NCBI GenBank assembly: GCA_965261395.1
Contig: OZ253462.1
Location: forward strand, 4,480,001-4,544,000
Length of the DNA stretch: 64,000 bases
From: Candidatus Latescibacterota bacterium
Lineage (GTDB): Bacteria > Latescibacterota > UBA2968 > UBA8231
Direction: 5' to 3'
Positions 1 to 9,838 of this stretch are shown here, one piece after another. The notes under the pieces are model-generated. The model did no database searches and was not told the origin of the DNA. It saw nothing but the letters and a program-made list of their open reading frames with translations. Every line of letters begins with the position of its first letter. Within the stretch, counting starts at the first letter, position 1. The position numbers and the translations under genes are program-made.

Positions 1-391
1 CCCCGCGCCTTTTGGCCCGGAGGTCTGTGCGTATCCCCTCAAATTAGTCGATTTGCTCATCGTCAACGAAACCGAGGCCATCGGCCTTACGGATGCATCT
101 GAACTCGCTGCACTGGCCGCGCTCTGCCCCCGCGCCCAGATCGCGCTCACACTGGGAGCCGCTGGCGCCCAGTACCGCTCCCCGACCGAGGAATTCCGCC
201 TCTCCGCGCCGCAGGTCGAAGCGGTCGATACGACGGGTGCGGGAGACACCTTCATCGGCTATTTTCTTCAGGGCCTGACCGCCGGCATGACGGCGCGAGA
301 CGCCATGACCCGCGCGGTGCAGGCCGCTGCCCTGTGCGTCACCCGCCCGGGAGCAATGGATTCAATTCCGACCGCAGATGAAGTAGATTAA
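1..391 (+). CDS. Ribokinase / PfkB-family carbohydrate kinase (5' truncated by window edge)
   Basis: Motifs 'LIVNETEA', 'TLGAAGA' and anion hole 'VDTTGAGDTF'. Confidence 0.85.
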   Translation, partial: PAPFGPEVCAYPLKLVDLLIVNETEAIGLTDASELAALAALCPRAQIALTLGAAGAQYRSPTEEFRLSAPQVEAVDTTGAGDTFIGYFLQGLTAGMTARDAMTRAVQAAALCVTRPGAMDSIPTADEVD

Positions 392-416
392 CTCATTGTA
401 GTAGAAAGGAATACAC

Positions 417-1400
417 ATGCCGAACATCATGATCACCGCTCAGTTCCGAAACGCCGAATTCGCCTCCAGCGAGCGCGAACAGGGCCTCGAAAAGCTCCGC
501 TCCCTAGGCACCCTCATCCCGGAGCCAGCCGTCCTCACCGCCGAACACGCCCCGGACCTAATCGCCTCCATCGCCAGTTCATCGGTCTATACGGACGAAT
601 TTTACGCGGCGGCCGAGGATTTGCGCATCGTCGCCCGCTGGGGCGTTGGTTTTGACAAGGTCAATATCCCAGGGGCCACGCGCTACGGCGTGATCATCAC
701 CGTGACGCCGGTCCACATGGACGCGGTCGCCGAATACGCCATCGCCCAGTGGATGGCGACCCTCAAGCGGGTCTATACTCTCAACCACCTCTCCCACCGA
801 GGCGACTTCTCCATCATCCGCACCTATGAGGCCCAATACACCACCCTCGGCCTGTACGGCTGCGGCCGCATCGGCCAAGAGGTAGCCAAGCGCGCCGTAC
901 CGCTCCTAGGCACGGGCGGTCGCTTGCTCATCTATGACACCCGCCCCGATATCGCCGACATCGCCGCCCAATACGGAGCTGAAGTCGCCGACTCGCCCGA
1001 AGCGCTCTTTCGCGAATGCGACACGGTCTCGCTCCACGTCTCCGGCGACGACACCATCGTCCACTACGACCTGCTCAGCCTGATGCAGCCCCACGCCTCG
1101 CTGATCAATCCCTCGCGCGGCAACCTCGTCAACGACGAGGACGTCCACCGCGCCATCGAAGAGGAAAAGCTCTACTACTACGTGGTGGACGATCCAGTCA
1201 ACGACACCCGCGCCATCCACAAGGATCACCCACGCATCATCTGCACCAACCACAACGCCGGCATCACGGTCGAATCCACCATGCGTCTCGACGCCAAGGG
1301 CATCGAGCAAGTCGAAGCAGCCATCACCGGCCGCCAGCCCGAACACATCCTCAACCCGGAGGTCCTCGACCATCCGCGGGTCAAGGCGTGGCTGCAATGA
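417..1400 (+). CDS. D-isomer-specific 2-hydroxyacid dehydrogenase (SerA-like)
   Basis: 'RWGVGFDKV', Rossmann 'GLYGCGRIG', 'INPSRGNLV', 'TNHNAG'; AAGGA RBS upstream. Confidence 0.85.
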   Translation: MPNIMITAQFRNAEFASSEREQGLEKLRSLGTLIPEPAVLTAEHAPDLIASIASSSVYTDEFYAAAEDLRIVARWGVGFDKVNIPGATRYGVIITVTPVHMDAVAEYAIAQWMATLKRVYTLNHLSHRGDFSIIRTYEAQYTTLGLYGCGRIGQEVAKRAVPLLGTGGRLLIYDTRPDIADIAAQYGAEVADSPEALFRECDTVSLHVSGDDTIVHYDLLSLMQPHASLINPSRGNLVNDEDVHRAIEEEKLYYYVVDDPVNDTRAIHKDHPRIICTNHNAGITVESTMRLDAKGIEQVEAAITGRQPEHILNPEVLDHPRVKAWLQ

Positions 1401-2527
1401 AAATAACCCGCTTCGACATTACACCGCTCAACAATCGCGGCCTCTTGCTCCAAGTCGCAACCGACGCCGGCCTCACGGGCTTGGGTGCGCCCATGAACTA
1501 CGAACACGGCCGCACGGTGGAGCGGGCCATCCTCGACATGGGCGATTACCTGATTGGCCGCGATCCGCTGCAAATCGAAGACCACTGGCAGACCCTCTAC
1601 CGCTCCAGTTATTCCCGCCAGATGCCGATCCTGTTGGCGGCCCTTAGCGGCATAGAAATGGCCTGTCTGGATCTGTTGGGTAAAACCGCTAACTTACCCG
1701 TGTGGAAGCTATTAGGTGGATCAGTGCGAGAGAGAATCCGGGTCTATGGAGCAGCCGGAGGCCCCACCCCAGAGCAAGCCGCTCAGGCCGCCCGCCAGCG
1801 CGTCGCAGAAGGCTTTACAGCGCTCAAAACCACCCCCTTCCCCGACCCTGTGCGCCCCATCGAGAGCCCAGCGGGGGTCGAGCGAAGCGTGTCCCTCGTT
1901 GCGGCCATGCGCGACGCCGTCGGCCCGGCCATCGACATCGCCATCGACTTCCACCGCGCCACCAGCCCGGCATTGGCCAAAGTGCTCCTGCGCGAACTCG
2001 AGCCCCTAAGGCCGCTCTTTGTCGAGGAGCCGACCCGTTCCACCGACAATATCGGCCCCCTGCTGGAACTGACGCGCTCGACCTCCATTCCCATCGCCAC
2101 CGGCGAACGCTGTGCCACTCGCTGGGGCTTCCGCGAATTGTGCGAGCGCAAGGCCGCGGCCATCATCCAGCCCGATATCCGCCACTGCGGCGGCCTGCTC
2201 GAAATGAAGAAGATTGCCGCCTTAGCCGAAGTCCACGAGATCGCCGTCGCGCCCCACAACGCCGCCGACCCCCTCGGTGTCGTCGCCTCCGTACAGGCGA
2301 TGGCCGGCACGCCCAACTTCCTCATCATGGAATACGGCGGCGGTGGCGGCAAAGGGTTTTTCACCAACCCTTTGCAAATGAAGGATGGATTTGTGGAATT
2401 GCCCCGAGGGCCGGGGCTAGGCGTGGAGATCGACCCAGAGGGCTTAGAAGCGGCTACCCACCGAGGCCCTTGGCAGCAGCGGACAATGCGCCGTCACCCA
2501 GAGGACGGATCCTTCGCGGATTTTTAG
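1397..2527 (+). CDS. dgoD: Mandelate racemase/enolase-superfamily dehydratase, galactonate dehydratase-like
   Basis: Starts at ATGA overlap with previous stop (MKITRF...); 'GFTALKT', 'DFH', 'FVEEP', 'IATGER', 'QPDIRHCGG', 'APHN', C-terminal 'EDGSFADF'. Substrate not certain. Confidence 0.75.
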   Translation: MKITRFDITPLNNRGLLLQVATDAGLTGLGAPMNYEHGRTVERAILDMGDYLIGRDPLQIEDHWQTLYRSSYSRQMPILLAALSGIEMACLDLLGKTANLPVWKLLGGSVRERIRVYGAAGGPTPEQAAQAARQRVAEGFTALKTTPFPDPVRPIESPAGVERSVSLVAAMRDAVGPAIDIAIDFHRATSPALAKVLLRELEPLRPLFVEEPTRSTDNIGPLLELTRSTSIPIATGERCATRWGFRELCERKAAAIIQPDIRHCGGLLEMKKIAALAEVHEIAVAPHNAADPLGVVASVQAMAGTPNFLIMEYGGGGGKGFFTNPLQMKDGFVELPRGPGLGVEIDPEGLEAATHRGPWQQRTMRRHPEDGSFADF

Positions 2528-2609
2528 AATTGGAGAGATGACGGACGCCGAAAAAACCACAGATGCCGTGGCTATTCTTCACAGGCACTATGTTGGGGGT
2601 AAGCCGGAA

Positions 2610-2912
2610 TCAGTAATGGTAGCGGGCCTGTAGGAAATCTATACGTCCTTCGCTTACCATATACACTATGCGATGTTGTTCCGTAAGACGCCGCGACCAA
2701 GTTCCAGACGGTAGGTATTTGAGAGGCTCTGGTTTGCCGATACCTGAGAAGGGGTCGCGGAGTACGGCCTGTATCAGATCAAAGGCACGCAGCGTTATTT
2801 TGCGGTTAGTATGTACCCAGTAACGCAGATCTTCAACGAATTCAGGATGGAATACCCCCATCCACTCGCGAGTGGCGGGAGCGTCCTTTCTTTTAATCTT
2901 CTTTTTCGCCAA
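2610..2912 (-). CDS. yoeB: Txe/YoeB family mRNase toxin
   Basis: 'DPFSGIGKPEPLKY...WSRRLTEQHRIVY...LQARYHY'. Confidence 0.93.
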   Translation of the reverse strand: MAKKKIKRKDAPATREWMGVFHPEFVEDLRYWVHTNRKITLRAFDLIQAVLRDPFSGIGKPEPLKYLPSGTWSRRLTEQHRIVYMVSEGRIDFLQARYHY

Positions 2913-3183
2913 GACCGAGTTCTTTGCGGAGCTCTTCTACGGAAGAAGGCGACAGCTCCCGGCTCTGTGCGCGGTTGACAGCCGCGAGAAGGCGTTGGGC
3001 GTTTTTGGGCGATCTGAGGAGATGAGCCGTCTCGAGGAGGCTAGCTAATTCGTCCGCTGAAACCAGCGCGACGTCTTCGGCATTGCGCCGCCGTATAATC
3101 ACCGGCTCTCGCGTGGAGGTGACTTCGTCGCATAGCGACGCGAATTCGGCTCTGGCTTGGGTATAAGTTGTAACGGTGGTCAT
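2893..3183 (-). CDS. yefM: Phd/YefM family antitoxin
   Basis: 'TYTQARAEFA...EPVIIRR...ETAHLLRSPKNAQRL'; overlaps yoeB. Confidence 0.92.
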   Translation of the reverse strand: MTTVTTYTQARAEFASLCDEVTSTREPVIIRRRNAEDVALVSADELASLLETAHLLRSPKNAQRLLAAVNRAQSRELSPSSVEELRKELGLGEKED

Positions 3184-3198
3184 TTGATTTTCCCTATG

Positions 3199-3223
3199 AT
3201 ATGTACAGCTTTAACGTACATAT
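3199..3223. promoter_or_regulatory. Putative yefM-yoeB autoregulatory operator
   Basis: Inverted repeat ATATGTAC-N9-GTACATAT containing TGTACA and CGTACA, just upstream of yefM; TGTACA is the known YefM core palindrome. Confidence 0.6.
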
Positions 3224-3298
3224 TGTGAACATTTTGTCAAAGCATCTCATGTACTTAGAATATTTTGTTCAGGCGCACCAGACGGAAATCGACCGCCG

Positions 3299-4393
3299 CT
3301 AAAGCGGCATGTATTCCAGTTCAAAGACCCGCTCGATAAACCAGCCCAACCCAAAAAGCCCAATCACAGCCGACACCACCAAGACGACCGGGCGCTGATA
3401 GGGCCGTCGGCTGAGCCAAGCGACGAACGGAAAGACGAGCGCGACAATGGCTACCTGACCGATTTCCACGCCGGCGTTGAACGCAAACAGCGAGGCGATC
3501 AGCCCGCGCGTCGGCAACCCCAACTCGCGCAGCACATTGGCGAAGCCAAACCCGTGCACCAGCCCAAAGGCGAAGGTAATCATCCAGCGGTAATCTGTGC
3601 GCTTGAGCCAGAAATTCTCCACTGCGACATAAACAATGCTCAAGGCGATACCCGCCTCGATCCACTGGCTCGGCAGGCGGACTATTTCGAGTGCTGCCAA
3701 GCAGAGGGTGATGCTGTGGGCAACGGTGAAGGCCGTGACGACCTTGACCAAACTGAGCAGCCGCCCCCCCACCACGATCAGTGCCAGCAGAAACATGACG
3801 TGATCGTAGCCAAGGAAAATGTGCTCCACCCCGAGGACCGCAAATTCGTATATATGCTCCCACAGCGATTTCTGCCCGGCAAAGGTCTGCTGAGGCGATC
3901 CCGCCGAAAATACGGCTTGCACGAGCGGCTGACCGGGCAACATGATTTTGGCCAAGTTTTTGTGTGCGTCCCCAAAGCGCTCCGGCCAGCCGATCCAGAC
4001 CTCCAGCTCGCTGACTGGATCCTCCAACTCGGCACTGAAGTACAAGTCGGCAAACATATTGCCCTTGTTATCCGGGGTGATGTCCCCCCTGTCGCGCACT
4101 AGGTCGAGCGATTGGCCATTGGCCCGCAGTTTCATCTGCTCTTCGACAAAGGCGAATATGTCGTCGAGGCCAGCCTCCATCTCCTCGTAGAACAGCAGGC
4201 TGTCCCCGTCTTGATCGATGCCGATTTTCAGGAGGTCGAAATCGTCCATGCGCACACGCACTTTGAGCGCGGCGTCCTCGGCGATCAAATTCGTGTAACT
4301 AGTGTTGAGCTTGTGGGCGCGAACTGGACTGGGGGAGGCAAAAAATAGCAGGACAAATGCGAATGTGAGCGTCAAACTAAGGCGTGTCTTCAT
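3299..4393 (-). CDS. HupE/UreJ family membrane protein with N-terminal periplasmic domain
   Basis: Signal peptide ending 'RAH'; 'GVEHIFLGYDH', 'TAFTVAHSITL', 'FGLVHGFGFA', 'FNAGVEIGQ'. Confidence 0.88.
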   Translation of the reverse strand: MKTRLSLTLTFAFVLLFFASPSPVRAHKLNTSYTNLIAEDAALKVRVRMDDFDLLKIGIDQDGDSLLFYEEMEAGLDDIFAFVEEQMKLRANGQSLDLVRDRGDITPDNKGNMFADLYFSAELEDPVSELEVWIGWPERFGDAHKNLAKIMLPGQPLVQAVFSAGSPQQTFAGQKSLWEHIYEFAVLGVEHIFLGYDHVMFLLALIVVGGRLLSLVKVVTAFTVAHSITLCLAALEIVRLPSQWIEAGIALSIVYVAVENFWLKRTDYRWMITFAFGLVHGFGFANVLRELGLPTRGLIASLFAFNAGVEIGQVAIVALVFPFVAWLSRRPYQRPVVLVVSAVIGLFGLGWFIERVFELEYMPL

Positions 4394-4751
4394 TTTCCTT
4401 CTTTAGTAAAGAGCGGATATAAGCGGCAATCTGCTCGCGTTCCTCCGCCGAGAGGTGTCCATAGCCCGGCATGGAAGTACCGGGCATTCCCTTCTGAATC
4501 GTTCGGGCGATGGCTGCTTCGCTGTGGCCGTTTTTGTAGGCTGCGGGATCGCGAAAATCGCGGGGAGGCGGCTGGAGCGTCTCCGCGATCTGGCCATCGC
4601 CGCGCCCATCCGGGCCGTGGCACACCGCGCACCCATTGCGAGTAAAGAGGGCCTTGCCCTGTGCCACCGTGCCTTTGGCGTCGTCGCTCTCGCCAGCGCA
4701 GCCAGCCACTAAGGCAGCCAACGCCCAGCGCCATATCGCGGCCTTAGGCAC
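4377..4751 (-). CDS. Monoheme c-type cytochrome lipoprotein
   Basis: Lipobox 'VAGC', heme motif 'CAVCH', 'PPPRDF', 'GTSMPG'; GTG start overlapping phoR stop (start inferred). Confidence 0.82.
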   Translation of the reverse strand: MPKAAIWRWALAALVAGCAGESDDAKGTVAQGKALFTRNGCAVCHGPDGRGDGQIAETLQPPPRDFRDPAAYKNGHSEAAIARTIQKGMPGTSMPGYGHLSAEEREQIAAYIRSLLKKENEDTP

Positions 4752-6057
4752 CGTGGCTCTGCAGTTCAAAGCTGAAGGTCGTCCCCGCCCCCAACTTGCT
4801 TTGCACGGTCACTTGCTCGCCGTGGGCCTCGGCAATGTGGCGCACGATGGCCAAGCCCAAGCCCGTGCCGCCGAGGGCGCGCGAGCGCCCCTTGTCAACC
4901 CGGTAGAAGCGCTCGAAAATCCGGCCCAAGTCCTCGGAGGGGATGCCAATGCCGGTATCTTCGACGTAAATCGTTAGGCGATCGGTGCCCTCTACGGGCC
5001 GCGTGCCAATGCGAACTTTCCCGCCAGCGGGCGTGTATTTGACGGCGTTGTCGAGCAAATTGATGAGGGCGTGTTCAATCAATTTAGGGTCGCAGATCAC
5101 CTTGACAGACGGCGGAATGTCGCAGTCAATGGGGATTTGCTTTTGCGCGGCCGCTTGGCTGACTGAGCCAACGGACGTATCGACCAAGGGCCTTAGCTGG
5201 CAAGGGGCCATCTCGGCCTCCAATTGATCGGACTCCAGCCGCGACAGGTCGAGCAAGTCGCCGAGCAAGTGGGTCAGGCGATCGGCGTGATTCTCGATGA
5301 TGCCGGTGAAGCGGCGCGCCGTCTCCCGGTCGTCGAGCGCGCCCTCGGACAAAATCTCGGCATAGCCCTTGATGGCTGTCAACGGCGTACACAGCTCGTG
5401 GGACACATTGGCCACAAAGTCGCGGCGCATCCGCTCTAGTTGGCGCAGGCGCGTAATATCGTAGAGGACCGCCACCGCGCCGATGCACTCGTTCCCTTCG
5501 AGGACGGGCGCGACCTGCATGTCCAAATGGCGCTCCGGGGAGCCGGTCAGCTCCACTTCCGTTTCTCGGCTGCGCCCTTCGGCCAAACATCCGGCCAGCG
5601 CGTCTTGGATGGCCGCGTAACGCACGACCTCCGCGGTCAACAGCCCCTCTACTGGCGAGTCTAAGCCAAACAGGTTGGCCAGCGCCTTGTTGGCCAGCAC
5701 CACCCGGCCATTGCGGTCGATGACCAAGATGGCCTCGGTGATGCTTTCGAGGATGACCTCTAAGCGGCTCTTTTCGCTCTCTAGCTGATCGACGTGCTGT
5801 TGAATGCGTCCGGCGAAATCCTCTAGGGCACGCGCCAGCTCGGGATGGAACACCTCCACCCAAGCCGAGTTGCCGAGGGCTGCTTCGTCGAGCTGGCGCA
5901 ATCGCTCCCCCTGCCGGCGGGCGGCGCGGCCCCATAACCAGATTTGCACGCCAGTCCACAGCGCGGCCAGCACGAGCGCGAGCGCGATATTAGCGCCCCA
6001 CCAGACGAGCGCGGCCAAGAGCGCGTTGCTCAGGAGCAATATCCACCCGAAGCGCAC
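4744..6057 (-). CDS. phoR: Phosphate regulon sensor histidine kinase
   Basis: TM segments, PAS, H-box 'DFVANVSHELCTPL', 'NLLDNAVKY', 'FERFYRVDKGRSR', 'GGTGLGLAIV'; GTG start 1 nt after phoB stop. Confidence 0.9.
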   Translation of the reverse strand: MRFGWILLLSNALLAALVWWGANIALALVLAALWTGVQIWLWGRAARRQGERLRQLDEAALGNSAWVEVFHPELARALEDFAGRIQQHVDQLESEKSRLEVILESITEAILVIDRNGRVVLANKALANLFGLDSPVEGLLTAEVVRYAAIQDALAGCLAEGRSRETEVELTGSPERHLDMQVAPVLEGNECIGAVAVLYDITRLRQLERMRRDFVANVSHELCTPLTAIKGYAEILSEGALDDRETARRFTGIIENHADRLTHLLGDLLDLSRLESDQLEAEMAPCQLRPLVDTSVGSVSQAAAQKQIPIDCDIPPSVKVICDPKLIEHALINLLDNAVKYTPAGGKVRIGTRPVEGTDRLTIYVEDTGIGIPSEDLGRIFERFYRVDKGRSRALGGTGLGLAIVRHIAEAHGEQVTVQSKLGAGTTFSFELQSHGA

Positions 6058-6058
6058 T

Positions 6059-6751
6059 TTATCGTCCCTCTCTGCGAAAGCGATAGCCCATACCGCGCAC
6101 GGTTTCGACCATCGCGGCTGCCGTCCCGAGCTTTTCCCGCAGGCGACGGATGTGCGTATCAACAGTGCGGCTATAGCCAATGTACTCATAGCCCCATACC
6201 ACCTTGAGTAACTCCCCCCGCGACTGCACTCGCCCGCGCCGTTGCGCAAGGGTCGTCAAGAGCTTGAACTCGGTCGCCGTCAGATCTACAGGGTCGCTGT
6301 CGATCTGCACCTGACATCCCACCAAGTCGATGGCCAAGGGACCGGCCACGATCTGCGCGACTTCCTCTTCGTCGCGCCCCTCGATGCGGCGCAGTATGGC
6401 GCGGATGCGCAAGACCAGCTCGCGCGGGGAAAAGGGCTTGACCACGTAATCGTCCGCACCCAATTCCAAGCCAACGATGCGATCCACCTCTTCGGCCCGC
6501 GCCGTCAGCATCAAGACTGGTATGTCCTTGGTGCGGGGAGTTTGCTTGAGGAGGCGACAGACCTCCAAGCCGCTGATGCCCGGCAGCATCAGATCCAAGA
6601 CCACGAGGCCAACCGGATCTTGCTCAATCGAGTTCAGGGCCTGTTCTCCGTCTTCGGCCGTCACGACCGAAAAACCGGATTGTTCTAGATGGTATGAGAC
6701 CAACCCGAGGATGTCAGGCTCGTCCTCTACAACTATAATTTTGTCGTTCAT
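6059..6751 (-). CDS. phoB: OmpR/PhoB response regulator
   Basis: 'VVEDE', 'LDLMLPG', 'GADDYVVKPFSPREL', 'RTVDTHIRRLREKL', 'TVRGMGY'; between phoU and phoR. Confidence 0.9.
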   Translation of the reverse strand: MNDKIIVVEDEPDILGLVSYHLEQSGFSVVTAEDGEQALNSIEQDPVGLVVLDLMLPGISGLEVCRLLKQTPRTKDIPVLMLTARAEEVDRIVGLELGADDYVVKPFSPRELVLRIRAILRRIEGRDEEEVAQIVAGPLAIDLVGCQVQIDSDPVDLTATEFKLLTTLAQRRGRVQSRGELLKVVWGYEYIGYSRTVDTHIRRLREKLGTAAAMVETVRGMGYRFRREGR

Positions 6752-7437
6752 GGGTTGTTTTCCTCCCACCAGTCTTCCTTTTGGTGCCGCACGATGCGCC
6801 CCTCGACGAGGAACACCACGTTCTCGGCAATGTTGGAGGCGTGATCGCCAATCCTTTCGAGGTGCCGAGACACCAAGATCAGGTAAATGCCGCGGTCAAT
6901 GGTGTCCGGCCCAATCGACGGCGCGTGCATGTACGTCAGCAACTCGCGAAAAATCTGGTCGCGCAACAGGTCGAGCTCCTCGTCGCGCTGACCGACGGCG
7001 CGGGCTAGCTCCACATCGCGGCGCACGAAAGCATCGAGGGCATCTTTGACCATGCCCTGTGCCAATTCGGACATCCGCGGTATGTCGATCAGCGGCTTGA
7101 GCAGCGGCATCTTGTTGAGCACCTCGGCGCGTTGGACGATGTTGACGGCTTGGTCGTTGATCCGCTCTAGGTCTTCGTTGATTTTTAGGATGCAGGCCAA
7201 CAGCCGCAGGTCGCTGGCCATCGGCCCTTGGGTCGCAAACACCTTTAGGCAGGACTCCTCAATGCCGATTTCCCAATCGTCGATCTTCTTCCCGCCCTCA
7301 ATCACTACCTGTATTAGCGCGTCGTCGCGATCTACGAGGGCGCGCACGGCCTGCCCAATGGACTCCTCGACGGCCCCGCTCATCTTTAATAAGTCCTGTT
7401 TGAGCTCGTCTAATTGCTGGTCGAATCTTCGTTCCAT
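6748..7437 (-). CDS. phoU: Phosphate signalling complex protein PhoU
   Basis: MERRFDQQL...; 'DLERINDQA', 'HLERIGDHASNIAE'. Confidence 0.93.
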   Translation of the reverse strand: MERRFDQQLDELKQDLLKMSGAVEESIGQAVRALVDRDDALIQVVIEGGKKIDDWEIGIEESCLKVFATQGPMASDLRLLACILKINEDLERINDQAVNIVQRAEVLNKMPLLKPLIDIPRMSELAQGMVKDALDAFVRRDVELARAVGQRDEELDLLRDQIFRELLTYMHAPSIGPDTIDRGIYLILVSRHLERIGDHASNIAENVVFLVEGRIVRHQKEDWWEENNP

Positions 7438-7451
7438 GGTGCCTTTCCGCC

Positions 7452-8234
7452 TCAGCCGAAGCGGCCGGTTACGTAGTCTTCGGTCTGTTTGCTGCGGGGG
7501 TTGGTGAACATGTCTTCGGTCTGGCTGAATTCGATCAAGGAGCCTAGATAGTAGAAGGCCGTATAGGTCGAAATCCGCGCTGCCTGTTGCAAATTGTGCG
7601 TGACGACGATGATGGTGTAATCGGACTTCAGTTCGGTGATCGTCTCCTCGACCCGCGCAGTGGCAATCGGGTCCAGCGCCGAGCAAGGCTCGTCCATCAA
7701 TACCACCTCCGGCTCGACAGCGAGGGCCCGCGCAATGCACAGTCGCTGCTGCTGACCACCGGACAGGCCCAGCGCGTTGTCCTTGAGCCGGTCCTTGACC
7801 TCGTCCCACAGCGCCGCGGCCTTCAGGCTCTTCTCCACGGCCTCGTCGAGCATCCAGCGGCGGTTTTCCCCGGCGATCCGCAGGCCGTAGGCCACATTCT
7901 CGTAGATGGACTTGGGGAAGGGATTGGACTTTTGGAACACCATGCCCACCCGCCGCCGCAAGTCGATCACATCGCAATCGGGCGCGTAAATGTCGCGACC
8001 GCTGACCCGCACTGAACCTTCAATGCGCGCGGATTCGACTAGGTCGTTGAGGCGATTGAGGCAACGCAAGAGCGTTGATTTGCCGCAGCCCGAAGGTCCG
8101 ATAAACGCGGTCACCTCGCGCTCGGGAATGCTCAAGTCGATGTGGTGTAGGGCCTGAGTCTCGCCGTAGAACATATTCAGGTTTTCCACTTCGACGATGG
8201 GATTTGCCTGGTCCGAGGCTAAGGGCTGGCTCAT
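7452..8234 (-). CDS. pstB: Phosphate ABC transporter ATP-binding protein
   Basis: 'GPSGCGKST', '[18 protein letters not shown]', '[13 protein letters not shown]', 'DYVTGRFG'. Confidence 0.96.
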   Translation of the reverse strand: MSQPLASDQANPIVEVENLNMFYGETQALHHIDLSIPEREVTAFIGPSGCGKSTLLRCLNRLNDLVESARIEGSVRVSGRDIYAPDCDVIDLRRRVGMVFQKSNPFPKSIYENVAYGLRIAGENRRWMLDEAVEKSLKAAALWDEVKDRLKDNALGLSGGQQQRLCIARALAVEPEVVLMDEPCSALDPIATARVEETITELKSDYTIIVVTHNLQQAARISTYTAFYYLGSLIEFSQTEDMFTNPRSKQTEDYVTGRFG

Positions 8235-8242
8235 GGTATCTC

Positions 8243-9838
8243 CTAAAAGGCCGCCGTGGCGTATTTCTTGCGCAATTTGTTGCGGACGACAATCGCCGTC
8301 AAGTTCAGGAGCAGCACAATGGTCAACAGCATCAGAGCCGTGGTGTACACCATGGGCCGGGCCGCCTCCACGTTGGGCGACTGGAAGCCCACGTCGTAGA
8401 TGTGGAAGCCCAAGTGCATAAACTTGCGCTCCAAGTGAAAAAATGGCGCGAACGAATCGAGTGGTAAATCCGGTGCTAGCTTGACGACGCCAGTAATCAT
8501 CAGCGGCGCGACCTCGCCGGCCCCACGCGCCGTAGCCAAGATGACCCCGGTGAGAATGCCCGGCAGAGCACTGGGCAACACCACGCTCCAAATCATCTGA
8601 AATTTCGTCGCCCCCAAAGCCAGCGCGCCTTCGCGCATCTCTCGGGGCACGGCCGCCAAGCTCTCCTCAGTGGCCACGATGACCACCGGCACCGTCAGCA
8701 GGGCGAGGGTCAGCGAGGCCCAGAGAATGCCGCCGGTGCCATAGGTGGGTGTCGGCAGGGCATCCGCGTAAAAGAGCTGGTCAATGCTGCCGCCGATGCC
8801 GTACACAAAGAATCCCAACCCGAACATGCCAAAGACAATGGAAGGCACACCCGCCAAGTTGTTGACCGCAATCCGCACGAGGCGCACCAAAAAGCCCTGC
8901 CGGGCGTACTCGCGCAGGTAGAGCGCCGCGAGGACCCCAAAGGGCACGGCCGCCAAGCTCATCAGCATCACCATCATCACCGTGCCAAAGAGCGCGGGAA
9001 ATATTCCCCCCTCGGTGTTGGATTCGCGCGGCTCGCCCGCTACAAACTCCCAGCCCTTGGATAGATAGGTCTGTGCCTTGGCCCCGACGCTCATCGAATT
9101 GGGGCGATAGGCGCGAACGATGGCCGCCACGGCGACGCGGCGCGTCTCGCCCCCAGCCAGCGCGACCTCCACCTCCCAGCGCTGCTGCTGCGTCCGCAGC
9201 TCGTCCAAGCGCCCCGACAGGGCCTCGTGCTCGTCCCACAGGGCTTGGCGACGCACCTCGTTTGCAGCGAGTTGTGCGTCGTTTTTCTCGCGTTGCAAGC
9301 GCCGCTCTTCTAGGCGCAAGTCATCTATTGCGCGGCTGAGCTCGCCGATTTCTCCGCGCTCCAAGGCGTGGATGCGCTCATCCAGCTCGCCGGCCTGATC
9401 CATCAGCTCCTGTAAGGCATCCCAGACTCCCTCCCCTTTTGCCAGCAGCCGCTCCTCCTCGTACAAGGCCGCGATAAAGCCGTGCATATCGCCCCACTCG
9501 ACCCGCTCGAAGACCACGGCCTCAGCCGGCGTTTCGCGCTCGGCAATCGCGTCTTCATCCACCCAGCGAAAGTCTTGGCCATAGGCATCGCGGTTGCCGA
9601 CCTTTAGCTGCACTCGATAGCGCCCTGCGGTCTCGGGAATGGGCTGGCGATCCATCAGTTTGCCCATGACCGGCGGACCGTCTTTGAGGCGCAACAGGGT
9701 CAAACCCTGCGGCCAGAACACGCCCACGCCGTTATAAACAATAATCCCCACCAAGCCGGTGATCATCGCCAAGCACATAGCTAACGCCCCGCCCGTAAGC
9801 CAGATGAAAGGGTCGCCCCGCCGCCAGAATTTCATCAC
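8243..9838 (-). CDS. pstA: Phosphate ABC transporter permease PstA (long form with coiled-coil insert)
   Basis: '[13 protein letters not shown]', '[11 protein letters not shown]', '[10 protein letters not shown]', '[10 protein letters not shown]'. Confidence 0.93.
   Translation of the reverse strand: MMKFWRRGDPFIWLTGGALAMCLAMITGLVGIIVYNGVGVFWPQGLTLLRLKDGPPVMGKLMDRQPIPETAGRYRVQLKVGNRDAYGQDFRWVDEDAIAERETPAEAVVFERVEWGDMHGFIAALYEEERLLAKGEGVWDALQELMDQAGELDERIHALERGEIGELSRAIDDLRLEERRLQREKNDAQLAANEVRRQALWDEHEALSGRLDELRTQQQRWEVEVALAGGETRRVAVAAIVRAYRPNSMSVGAKAQTYLSKGWEFVAGEPRESNTEGGIFPALFGTVMMVMLMSLAAVPFGVLAALYLREYARQGFLVRLVRIAVNNLAGVPSIVFGMFGLGFFVYGIGGSIDQLFYADALPTPTYGTGGILWASLTLALLTVPVVIVATEESLAAVPREMREGALALGATKFQMIWSVVLPSALPGILTGVILATARGAGEVAPLMITGVVKLAPDLPLDSFAPFFHLERKFMHLGFHIYDVGFQSPNVEAARPMVYTTALMLLTIVLLLNLTAIVVRNKLRKKYATAAF

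Noticed and set aside
1016-1396. N-terminal extension of the 503-aa ORF
   Set aside because: Arg/His-rich off-frame overlap with the dehydrogenase; the real start is the ATGA overlap at 1397
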